Below, piece after piece: positions 1-7,938 of a stretch of 24,000 nt of DNA. Source of the stretch: Spirochaetaceae bacterium (lineage in GTDB: Bacteria; Spirochaetota; Spirochaetia; DSM-2461); the NCBI GenBank assembly GCA_051531975.1, contig JAOPTT010000002.1, positions 250,201 through 274,200 on the forward strand, read 5' to 3'. The notes under the pieces are model-generated. The model saw nothing but the letters and a program-made list of their open reading frames with translations, was not told where the DNA came from and ran no database searches. Made by a program: the position numbers and the translations under genes. Numbering within the stretch: position 1 is the first letter of the stretch; every line of letters begins with the position of its first letter.

Positions 1-890
1 ATATATTCCATTGAGGACAGTGTTAGAGTTGATACAAAAGAAGATTTAATTCTATAGTTTTCTTCAAACTCTATTGTTAGTTTTTCAAAATAATCCTCTT
101 GTTTATCCCCGGAAGGCGTGATCACAATCAGGTTATTAAGAATATCTCCAGAAAAAACAGATTCTAATTGTTGATGTCCCCAAGTTGATGTCATTCTTAC
201 AATATCTGGTAAATCATCGTATATAGGTTGCAAGTATTGCATCATTTCACAAGTTGATAATATAAAAAAGATGCCGTCTGGTCTTAGATTAATAATTTTT
301 TGTGGATCTGGATGATCTACATCATTAAAAACTTTTATTCCTTCTCCATTAAAGTTTTTTATAAAGGCATCGGCTAGAGGTTCACTATAGGCCCTATTTT
401 GCTCAGATAACAGCATCACTATACGTTTTAAATTGGTAGTATTAAGATACTCTGCAGGGTATTGTCCTTGAATATAATTAGAAGCAATTAGTCTATAAAA
501 GTTGTCTTTTTTATTAGATAGTTGGACTGATGATGTCGATGGGCTAAAAAATGGAACATCTCTAATTGAATCATCATTAGCAATAACAACACCTGTTGCA
601 CTTATTGCAGCTCCTATAATTATAGAGACTCCCTCTTCATATAATTTGTGATAAGCTTCTTTTATAGATGTCTCTTCTAGTGTTGGATTTTCTATAATAA
701 GCTTAACTGGCCTTAAACCTATTTTAGGGTACTTATGATTATAAAATTGAACAGCAAGGTTCTCTTCATTTCCAGTTGAAGTTTCTAATGAGAATAGAAC
801 ACCTATTTTAATAGGTCGTCTTAACCATAAAATACCTGAAAGCACTACGATAAGAATTAAACTTATTACGATTATTAACTTTTTAGACAC
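1..890 (-). CDS. Type-1 periplasmic-binding-fold (LivJ / Peripla_BP_6-like) substrate-binding protein with an N-terminal membrane anchor; the C-terminus lies outside the window
   Basis: Edge ORF absent from the supplied track; translated by hand. It starts at GTG 890-888, with GAGG 6 nt upstream and an in-frame TAG just upstream. Translation: VSKKLIIVISLILIVVLSGILWLRRPIKIGVLFSLETSTGNEENLAVQFYN..VKLIIENP..GVSIIIGAAISATGVVIAN..VPFFSPSTSS..FYRLIASNYIQGQYPAEYL..KRIVMLLSEQNRAYSEPLADAFIKNF. The frame stays open to base 1. The IKIGVL / IIGaxxS / FRxxxxxxxQ layout is typical of Leu/Ile/Val-type binding proteins. Confidence 0.7.
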   Translation of the reverse strand, partial: MSKKLIIVISLILIVVLSGILWLRRPIKIGVLFSLETSTGNEENLAVQFYNHKYPKIGLRPVKLIIENPTLEETSIKEAYHKLYEEGVSIIIGAAISATGVVIANDDSIRDVPFFSPSTSSVQLSNKKDNFYRLIASNYIQGQYPAEYLNTTNLKRIVMLLSEQNRAYSEPLADAFIKNFNGEGIKVFNDVDHPDPQKIINLRPDGIFFILSTCEMMQYLQPIYDDLPDIVRMTSTWGHQQLESVFSGDILNNLIVITPSGDKQEDYFEKLTIEFEENYRIKSSFVSTLTLSSMEY

Positions 891-1030
891 TTTTAGCCTC
901 TATATATAAAGCTAAATTAAAGTGATATAAAATGCAAATTTAACAAATATAAACCCTATAAACTTGAATAGTTATCATCTATCCGTATTTATTACGACTA
1001 AAAACAGTAATAACATGGGTAATTTTAGTA

Positions 1031-1630
1031 TTAAGTTATTATATCATTGAGAATATCCTCTAAACTATGGCTATCTAATATTTCAATTTTACCTGCTACT
1101 TTTTTAATTATACCTTCCTGGGTCATTGCAGATAATGTCCTTGAGACAGCTTCTCTTGAGCTCCCTATTTTATTTGCAAGAGAAGAAATTGTTGGGGATT
1201 CAATTAATTTATTACTATTATAAAGTAGTAGATATGAGATCTTCTGCTTAACAGTTTTAAGGCTTAAAATCTCAATAGTATTTGTTAAGCCAGAGACCTT
1301 ATTAGAAACACATTTTAAAAATGAAAGTGTTTCTCCTTCCTGTTTTAGGTTTTTTAGTAATGATTCTAAACCAACCTCAACTACAATGGATTCTTCATTG
1401 GCAATTATCCAACCTGGATAGTTATCTCCTGAAAAAACAAGTAGATCAGCAAATAGATCTCCAGCTATAAACTCTTTTAATACGATCTCTTTACCAGATT
1501 TTAACATACGGACTATTCGAATTGAACCTTTTTCAACTCTACCAATATATTTACATTTTTCATCCGATGTATAAAGAACATCCCCTGGTTCAAGTTTTGA
1601 AAATTTACCATTATTAAATAGAGAATCCAT
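1031..1630 (-). CDS. Crp/Fnr-family transcriptional regulator (cNMP-binding-like effector domain plus C-terminal HTH)
   Basis: 199 aa. It has a beta-roll-like N-terminal domain (GDVLYTSDEKCKYIGRVEKGSIRIV) and a C-terminal HTH (LANKIGSSREAVSRTLSAMTQEGIIKK). There is no FNR-type N-terminal Cys cluster. Its start overlaps the cupin stop (TAATG). Confidence 0.85.
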   Translation of the reverse strand: MDSLFNNGKFSKLEPGDVLYTSDEKCKYIGRVEKGSIRIVRMLKSGKEIVLKEFIAGDLFADLLVFSGDNYPGWIIANEESIVVEVGLESLLKNLKQEGETLSFLKCVSNKVSGLTNTIEILSLKTVKQKISYLLLYNSNKLIESPTISSLANKIGSSREAVSRTLSAMTQEGIIKKVAGKIEILDSHSLEDILNDIIT

Positions 1631-1944
1631 TATAGAATTTTTACAACCATTACCCTTAAGACCTTATCTTTATTATAGTTTTCAATTCCATGGGGAATAT
1701 TTTTTGGACTTTCCACTACAGAATCTTTATCTGCTCTCTCACGCTCATCCCCAATCTCTATCCATGCCTCTCCTTCTAAAATATAAAAGAATACATCCAC
1801 AGGTGTAGAGTGTGTTTCAAGTTTCGCTCCAGGATTCAGTGTTAAATGCATAACTTTTAACCTTGGGTCATCGAATATTTTTTGCGCTTTAACTCCATTT
1901 ATAGTTTTCATAACTTCTCCATCAAATGCTTTACTTACTTTCAT
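1630..1944 (-). CDS. Small cupin-domain protein
   Basis: Cupin_2-like motifs are present: HSTPVDVFFYILEGEAWIEIGDE and PKNIPHGIEN. I prefer the ATG at 1944 (MKVSKAF...) because GAGGAGA sits 6 nt upstream. The track ORF extends to 1959. Confidence 0.8.
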   Translation of the reverse strand: MKVSKAFDGEVMKTINGVKAQKIFDDPRLKVMHLTLNPGAKLETHSTPVDVFFYILEGEAWIEIGDERERADKDSVVESPKNIPHGIENYNKDKVLRVMVVKIL

Positions 1945-2599
1945 AATCATTCTCCTCATTTTTTTTTAGTATAATACAATCCATTATATTTTTATCATTA
2001 GCCTCAACTGCTAATGCAAAATCAATACAACTTAAATAACCACAAGCTCCACAATTTAAATTAGGTAAAGATGAAACTATATCCTGATTATTCTCTTCAG
2101 TTATCTCATCTCTTTTAATTAGTTTCTCTACTAAAAGGCTCATAATATATATTGCAGGAACTGTTAAAACAAAACGTATCGCTGTAAATTTTATTCCAAG
2201 AAAACTTGTTTCCACAAAAAGCATAGGTATTTTAATAACAGCCCAAGAACTTAAAATGATAACCATATTAGAAATACTTGCACCTTTTTTAAATAGAACT
2301 AAAACTGCAGGGAAAGCTGCATATATAGGTCCAGCGGAAATAGCACCAATAAAAAATGATAATAACCTACCCTTAATACCTGACTGTTCTCCTAATCCTT
2401 TACGTATTACACTAGAGGGAACCCAGACTGTAATTAATGCTGTAATAACAAGAACAGGTGGTAAAACCTGGATCATCTCTAATAAAAACCCTTTGGTTAT
2501 GTTTATGGCATTAAAAAAAAGATCACTTCTAAAAATTAACAGACCTATATATAAAATTATAGCTATTATTATTAATTTAAACTTCTTTATATGTTTCAT
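1931..2599 (-). CDS. C-terminal half of a split 'predicted permease' (PF03773/ArsP-like fold), fused to a C-terminal RnfB-type putative Fe-S cluster domain
   Basis: 222 aa with about 5 hydrophobic helices. The tail reads LPNLNCGACGYLSCIDFALAVEANDKNIMDC, giving Cys spacing C-x2-C-x4-C-x16-C as in the N-terminal Fe-S domain of RnfB (PF04060). Its start overlaps the upstream half-permease stop (ATGA at 2596-2599). Confidence 0.7.
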   Translation of the reverse strand: MKHIKKFKLIIIAIILYIGLLIFRSDLFFNAINITKGFLLEMIQVLPPVLVITALITVWVPSSVIRKGLGEQSGIKGRLLSFFIGAISAGPIYAAFPAVLVLFKKGASISNMVIILSSWAVIKIPMLFVETSFLGIKFTAIRFVLTVPAIYIMSLLVEKLIKRDEITEENNQDIVSSLPNLNCGACGYLSCIDFALAVEANDKNIMDCIILKKNEENDYESK

Positions 2600-3072
2600 A
2601 ATAATAGCCCCATTCCAAATGCAATGATTAAAGCCATAGCAAAACTAATAACATTCCTAATAAGTGTAAACTTAATACCAAAATGCTTGATTTCAATTGG
2701 AAACGTTGCTACTCCTACCATGGTTAATGTTGTTAAAAAAGAGGCTATAGCTACTAAATGAGCTCCACTTATATAAAGTGATTTTGAGAGAGGGAAAGCA
2801 ATAAAGGCAGGCATTATTGTTATTGTCCCAATAATTGCTCCATATATAGAACTGAGTAATTTACTACTGCTACCTAGTAGATTTTTTATTAAATCCGGTG
2901 GTAATAGTGCTAAAATAAAACCAACTATTGCCATTACACCTAAAATTTCAACAAAAGTATTGATAAACATTCCTTTTGCAAATTTAACTGCTTGCCTTGT
3001 TTTAGATCTACTTTTTGTAATAGAAAACAAAAGAAAAGACAAAGCTATTATTATCATTATTACCGTCGTCAT
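2596..3072 (-). CDS. N-terminal half of the split 'predicted permease' (PF03773-like)
   Basis: 158 aa and almost entirely hydrophobic helices. AGAGGG lies 5 nt upstream of ATG 3072. It is translationally coupled to the next gene. Confidence 0.7.
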   Translation of the reverse strand: MTTVIMIIIALSFLLFSITKSRSKTRQAVKFAKGMFINTFVEILGVMAIVGFILALLPPDLIKNLLGSSSKLLSSIYGAIIGTITIMPAFIAFPLSKSLYISGAHLVAIASFLTTLTMVGVATFPIEIKHFGIKFTLIRNVISFAMALIIAFGMGLLL

Positions 3073-3115
3073 ATATACCCTCTATTTAATAATAGATTAA
3101 GTTATACTAACAGTC

Positions 3116-3131
3116 TGTGATAATTATCACA
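3116..3131. promoter_or_regulatory. Perfect CRP/FNR-family palindrome TGTGA-TAATTA-TCACA upstream of the permease-cupin-Crp operon
   Basis: A 16-bp perfect inverted repeat read directly at 3116-3131, 44-59 bp upstream of ATG 3072. A possible -10 (TATTAT, 3094-3089 on the minus strand) would centre the box near -41.5. Confidence 0.6.
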
Positions 3132-3144
3132 TTTTTTAATTTTA

Positions 3145-4794
3145 TTATATCTTAGGTAGGTAACTAAAACTAGAAAACTCCGCCCATTTCTTTTGTCTAT
3201 CAAAATCGTGGGCTGTCATACCAACAAATGTTCCATCAAAAGCACCTGGCCCACTATTTGTAAATTCATCTGATAAAACTGTACTATCCATATCAAATCC
3301 TACTCTTTTAAAATCAATAGCATTATTAGAGAAATAGAAACTAATTGTAGATCCTGATAATGATATTTTTAAAGTTATCTCTCCAGAATATGGCAAAACT
3401 GTTCGTGCCTCTTCATGTTTTTCCCCATTTAAACTAACCATAAGACCTAATGCTGGGGATTTTAAAGTTTCGCTATAATAATAACGTAGATAGTAGAATG
3501 TCATACTTCCTGTTTGTATAACTAGACCTGCCATTTGTCTGCAGTTTTCTGGTTCAAAATCCATTGTTGTCAAAATATCACAGTGTAAATGTTGGACCCT
3601 TCTAGAAACTAAAGATAGATCATGGGCTGAATATGGAGAGTTTCGTCCCCTTAGGCTTAATACTCCAACTTTATTACTTAAACTACACCAACTTTCATCT
3701 AATATATTTTTTAAGGAATAGAAGTTTTCTGGTAGTTTTTTCATGTTAAAATTTACAGTACCTGGTTCTGTTACATCAATATATTCACCTTCAGAATGAT
3801 TAAAAGATACATGCTTTTTAGGCTTAGAATCTCCAGAAATAAGAATAGGCCAATCATTAACCCATTCAATTTTTTGGATACTAGTTTCCCTATTTAATAC
3901 ACATCTCATCTGGGGCATTATAGGTTGGGCTGAGAGATGAAATAAGACACCTTCACCATCAACTGTATCTATAATTGAACCATGTCCAGATTTTTGTAAT
4001 TCCGCACCAGGATTATAAAATTGAGGTTTTAAAAAATCTGAATCTGGTTTTGGTTTATCTGGATCAACATTAAGTCTAGAAGTTATTAATGGACCATTGG
4101 TGGACTCAACATATGGACCTAAAACAGATCTTGATCTAGCTATTTTTACTGCATGCCCATATCCTGTTCCCCCCTCTGCAGTCAACAAAAAGTACCAGTC
4201 ATTTCTTTTGTAGAGATGTGGTCCTTCAGTACAACCAAACTTAACATTACCTGTGTATATTATTTTGGATTCAGATTTTAAACTTAAGGTTTTAATATCA
4301 AGTTCTTGAATAATAATTGGCCCTGGATGTGGATAGTTATCTCTAAACTCCCAAGCTAAGTTTAATAACCAACTTTTACCATCATCATCATGGAAAATAG
4401 ACGGATCAAAACCACTGGAGTTAAGATATGTAGGTTCTGACCATGGACCTTCTATATTATCAGCATAGACAACATAATTATTTAGATCAAAAAAAGAACT
4501 ACTCAAACTTTTAACATCAGTATAAGTTAAATAGAACTTTTTTTCCTCGGAATTATAACTTATTTGTGGGGCCCATACACCAGTGGAATCTTGGTTCCCC
4601 CGTAGGTCTAGTTGGGAAAGTCTATCTAAAATATTTCTAACCAACCTCCAGTTTTTTAAGTCTGTAGAATGATAGAGACTTACACCGTTACACCAGTTAA
4701 ATGTACTAGTAACAACGTAATAATCTGAACCTACTCTTAAAGCAGAAGGGTCAGCATTAAATCCTGGTAAAATTGGGTTTATAATATTTATCAT
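3145..4794 (-). CDS. xynB: Glycoside hydrolase family 43 beta-xylosidase / alpha-L-arabinofuranosidase (XynB-type, with C-terminal beta-sandwich domain)
   Basis: 549 aa. The N-terminus NPILPGFNADPS carries the catalytic base Asp. GFDPSIFHDDDGKSW carries the pKa-modulating Asp. GCTEGPHLYKRNDWYFLLTAEGGTGYGH carries the catalytic acid Glu. Length and domain order match two-domain GH43 xylosidases. Confidence 0.9.
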   Translation of the reverse strand: MINIINPILPGFNADPSALRVGSDYYVVTSTFNWCNGVSLYHSTDLKNWRLVRNILDRLSQLDLRGNQDSTGVWAPQISYNSEEKKFYLTYTDVKSLSSSFFDLNNYVVYADNIEGPWSEPTYLNSSGFDPSIFHDDDGKSWLLNLAWEFRDNYPHPGPIIIQELDIKTLSLKSESKIIYTGNVKFGCTEGPHLYKRNDWYFLLTAEGGTGYGHAVKIARSRSVLGPYVESTNGPLITSRLNVDPDKPKPDSDFLKPQFYNPGAELQKSGHGSIIDTVDGEGVLFHLSAQPIMPQMRCVLNRETSIQKIEWVNDWPILISGDSKPKKHVSFNHSEGEYIDVTEPGTVNFNMKKLPENFYSLKNILDESWCSLSNKVGVLSLRGRNSPYSAHDLSLVSRRVQHLHCDILTTMDFEPENCRQMAGLVIQTGSMTFYYLRYYYSETLKSPALGLMVSLNGEKHEEARTVLPYSGEITLKISLSGSTISFYFSNNAIDFKRVGFDMDSTVLSDEFTNSGPGAFDGTFVGMTAHDFDRQKKWAEFSSFSYLPKI

Positions 4795-4796
4795 AT

Positions 4797-5621
4797 TTAT
4801 CCTTTAACTGCACCTGCAGTAACTCCAGCAATAATTTGTTTAGAAAATATAATATAAATTGTGATAGGAATAATGGCAATTATCATCATACATGCAAACT
4901 GTACTGCGTAATCAGCACCATATTCACCCTCAAATTTTATTATTGAAAAAGGCAGTGTTCTTTTGACTTCGGAAGTTAAAAATGTATTGGCCATAATAAA
5001 CTCATTCCAACAATTTAAAAATGCCATAATACCAACGGTTACAAATCCAGCTTTTGACATTGGTGCTACAATTTTAATTAAGATTGTAGGTAGACCTGCA
5101 CCTTCTAAATAAGCAGATTCTTCCATGGCAAATGGTATTGATTGTATAAATCCAGAGAACATCAATACACTAAATGCTAAAAAGAAAGCTGTATACGGAA
5201 TAATTAATGCAAAATGGCTATTTATCAAACCAAATTCTTTAAACCACATAAAGTTAGGTAGCAGTGTTGTATGAATTGGAATAACCATACCTAATAAAAC
5301 AAAACTATATACTAAATTACTTAATTTCCACTTCATTCTTTTGCAAGCATATGAGATCGTAAATGAAATTATGATAATTAGAACTATTGATACTGAACAG
5401 ACAAAAATACTGTTAAAAAGGTATTTTAATATGTTTCCATCAACCCAGGCTCTCTGATAGTTAATCCATTGTGGTATTTCTGGAATATCAAATAATTTTT
5501 TACCAAATAAATTACTACTTTTTTGTAAAGAGTAGTTAAAAAGCCAAATTAATGGAAATAGTTGTAGTAGTGCAATTATAGTTAAGACACTATGTAATAT
5601 TATAGATTTAAACTTTTTCAT
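4797..5621 (-). CDS. Carbohydrate ABC transporter permease (CUT1, MalG-like)
   Basis: 274 aa with 6 predicted TM segments. The EAA-like loop reads MEESAYLEGAGLPTILIKIVAPMS. Confidence 0.9.
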   Translation of the reverse strand: MKKFKSIILHSVLTIIALLQLFPLIWLFNYSLQKSSNLFGKKLFDIPEIPQWINYQRAWVDGNILKYLFNSIFVCSVSIVLIIIISFTISYACKRMKWKLSNLVYSFVLLGMVIPIHTTLLPNFMWFKEFGLINSHFALIIPYTAFFLAFSVLMFSGFIQSIPFAMEESAYLEGAGLPTILIKIVAPMSKAGFVTVGIMAFLNCWNEFIMANTFLTSEVKRTLPFSIIKFEGEYGADYAVQFACMMIIAIIPITIYIIFSKQIIAGVTAGAVKG

Positions 5622-6502
5622 TACTCTACCTCCCCTGCTAAATATTTGTTTGCTAACATAGTTAGTGTTAAAGCAATTATTACAAATACAATTGATATTG
5701 CATTTCCATAACCATATCTAGAGTACCTAAAAGCTTGTTCATATAAATGAAATGCAACAAACTGTGTTTGATTTCCAGGACCTCCACCAGTTGCTAACAT
5801 TGGAATCTCCATCTGTTTTAGACAAGCAGTAATATCTATAATAATAACAGATGCAATAACTGGTAACATATGTGGGATAATTACGGACTTATACTTCTGA
5901 AAAGTATTTGCACCATCAACAGTGGCAGCCTCGTGTAACTCCTTTGGAACCGTGGTTAAACCTGAATAATAAAAAAGTAGAGCCCATCCAAATCCGTGCC
6001 AAACAGTGATAAAAAGAACTGCTCCAAGTGCTGTTTTAGGATCACTTAGCCAGCTAAATTGTAATGATTCTAAACCTATAGCCCCTAATAGTTTATTTAT
6101 TAAACCATAGTTTGGGTTCATTAAACTTACCCAAAGTTTTGTTATAACAACAACTGTTAATATTGCAGGTATAAAATATATTGTCCTTAGAAACAGGGAT
6201 TTTTTCTCGTTTAGTTTGTTTAAAGTAGCTGCAAGTATAAAAGCAAGTACGTTTTGTATAAAAATAGTAACTAATAAAAGAACTAGTGCATTTAATAATG
6301 ATCTCCAGAATACTGGGTCTGCTGTTAATACCTCTTTATAGTTTTCAAAACCAATAAATGTTTTTGCTCCAAAACCTGACCAATCTGTAAAACTATAAAA
6401 TATACTTAAAATAATTGGTGCTACTATGGCAAACATCATAATCAAGATCCCAGGACCTACTAGAAAAAGGATTGTTCGCTTATTTGTAAATAAATTCGTC
6501 AT
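5621..6502 (-). CDS. Carbohydrate ABC transporter permease (CUT1, MalF-like)
   Basis: 293 aa. The EAA loop reads LHEAATVDGANTFQKYKSVIIPHM. AAGGA lies 6 nt upstream of ATG 6502. Confidence 0.9.
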   Translation of the reverse strand: MTNLFTNKRTILFLVGPGILIMMFAIVAPIILSIFYSFTDWSGFGAKTFIGFENYKEVLTADPVFWRSLLNALVLLLVTIFIQNVLAFILAATLNKLNEKKSLFLRTIYFIPAILTVVVITKLWVSLMNPNYGLINKLLGAIGLESLQFSWLSDPKTALGAVLFITVWHGFGWALLFYYSGLTTVPKELHEAATVDGANTFQKYKSVIIPHMLPVIASVIIIDITACLKQMEIPMLATGGGPGNQTQFVAFHLYEQAFRYSRYGYGNAISIVFVIIALTLTMLANKYLAGEVE

Positions 6503-6512
6503 ATAAAATCCT

Positions 6513-6537
6513 TAAAAAGCCCCCTCGGACGAGGGGA
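6513..6537 (-). terminator. Intercistronic GC-rich hairpin plus short U-run between the binding-protein and permease genes (partial terminator or mRNA stabiliser)
   Basis: The minus strand reads CCCCTC-GTCC-GAGGGG followed by CTTTTTAAGG. It is the only GC-rich stem in the 44-nt gap. Confidence 0.5.
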
Positions 6538-6546
6538 CTATATCTA

Positions 6547-7842
6547 TTATTTAATTGCTTTTTGTAAAGCTGCATCCATTGCGGCACAGAACTCTTCTGG
6601 AGTAATGATTCCAATAGCTAAGTCTTTACACAGTTTCTGATTAGTCTCTTTAAATGCTGGTGTTAACATATCTAAAGCAGCAGCACCACTTGTAGCTTTT
6701 GCATCAGCAGCTATACCTAATAGGTCTTTTGCTACAGCTGTATCTTTAGCTGTTGGAGTTACAGCTTGTGCTGGGAAACCAGCCTGTAATTCCCATACAA
6801 TATCTGCATGGATTTTTGCATATAGTTCTAAATACTCTAATGCTAAATCTTTATGTTCACTATCAGCTTTAACTATATAGTTACCACCATACCATGCAAA
6901 TAGATCGTTTATACCACTCTCTTTACCCTTGGCAGTTGGGAATTTTGCAGCTCGAACATTTGCTCTGAAGTCTTCAGAGAAGTTTTCGTCGTTAGCCATA
7001 CCCATTTCCCAAGCACCCATAATATACATAGCGGCTTGTTCCTGACCAAATAGGTTTCTAGCAGCTCCATAATCAGTTGTTGTTAAATCGTTTTGGAAGA
7101 TACCATCGTTTAAAAAGAAATCTTGATAAGCTGTAGCAGCATCTACAAAAACTTTATCTGTAAAACTACCTTTACCTTTTAGAACATCAGCCATAATTGA
7201 ATAATCACCAGAAACTCTCCAGAAAATATTGTCAAAGGAGATACTTAAAGGCCAACCGTCTTTACCATCGGTTACTGCAGGAATAAATCCAGCTTCAGAT
7301 AATTGACCAGAGACCTCTTTCATACCTTCTAACGTTGTAGGCATTTCTAGACCTAACTTGTCAAAAATTCCTTTATTGTAAAATACAACCCAAAGGTCTG
7401 CAGACATTGGGATACCATATAATTCACCATCGTAAATATTACCGTCTAATGCTCCTGGGATCCAAGGATATTTTTCAAAGGATGCTTTATCTAAAGGCTC
7501 AACAATTTTACTATCAACTAGTGGTTTTAATAGAGTTGAAAAACTCCAATACTTCATTACATCTGGTAATTGGTCAGCAGTTGCATAGATCTTTATCTTT
7601 TCCTGATAAACCTGATCCTGGTAACTTTCAACTTCGAATGTAACTTCTGGGTGCAACTTCATAAACTCTTTGTTTACGGCTTCAGCTACTGCGCCCATAC
7701 CTACGTTTCGATCAGGTAAATTATCACCCATTCTGATTACAACAGATTCATCTTTAACTTCGTTTTGTCCACTTGCAAAAAGAGATCCAGTTGTTACTAA
7801 AAGAATTAATAAAATTGAAAAAACATTGTGCCTACGTCTCAT
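6547..7842 (-). CDS. Extracellular solute-binding protein family 1 (sugar/oligosaccharide ABC binding protein), secreted
   Basis: 431 aa. The signal peptide is MRRRHNVFSILLILLVTTGSLFA/SGQNE, with no lipobox Cys. It has the typical SBP_bac_1 composition (YGIPMSADLWVVFYNK, GGNYIV). AGGAGG lies upstream of the ATG. Confidence 0.9.
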   Translation of the reverse strand: MRRRHNVFSILLILLVTTGSLFASGQNEVKDESVVIRMGDNLPDRNVGMGAVAEAVNKEFMKLHPEVTFEVESYQDQVYQEKIKIYATADQLPDVMKYWSFSTLLKPLVDSKIVEPLDKASFEKYPWIPGALDGNIYDGELYGIPMSADLWVVFYNKGIFDKLGLEMPTTLEGMKEVSGQLSEAGFIPAVTDGKDGWPLSISFDNIFWRVSGDYSIMADVLKGKGSFTDKVFVDAATAYQDFFLNDGIFQNDLTTTDYGAARNLFGQEQAAMYIMGAWEMGMANDENFSEDFRANVRAAKFPTAKGKESGINDLFAWYGGNYIVKADSEHKDLALEYLELYAKIHADIVWELQAGFPAQAVTPTAKDTAVAKDLLGIAADAKATSGAAALDMLTPAFKETNQKLCKDLAIGIITPEEFCAAMDAALQKAIK

Positions 7843-7938
7843 GGCATCCTCCTAAATTTTTGTTAACTACAATAATGCTAACACTGGAATTTCCATAACA
7901 CCATGAACCTAAATACTATTTCTTGATCATTATTATGA

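Noticed and set aside
964-977. FNR-like imperfect site TTGAATAGTTATCA between the Crp/Fnr gene and the LivJ-like gene
   Set aside because: The spacing or half-site is off by one relative to TTGAT-N4-ATCAA, and it does not resemble the perfect TGTGA-N6-TCACA box at 3116. It is AT-rich and could easily arise by chance.
2256-2627. 123-aa plus-strand ORF. The same reasoning covers the other antisense track ORFs: 7407-7643, 7670-7855, 8942-9139, 10939-11205, 12192-12440, 15034-15222, 15443-15949 (-), 16707-17000 (-) and 17486-17893.
   Set aside because: Each lies entirely, or almost entirely, antisense to a longer ORF that has clear family motifs. Their products are low-complexity and rich in I, L, F, K and S, as expected for shadow frames in AT-rich DNA. 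None has a convincing Shine-Dalgarno sequence.
7885-7895. Short palindrome TGGAA-T-TTCCA in the promoter region of the sugar-binding-protein operon
   Set aside because: It has only 5-bp arms. AraC-type regulators usually bind longer direct or asymmetric repeats. There is not enough information to call it.
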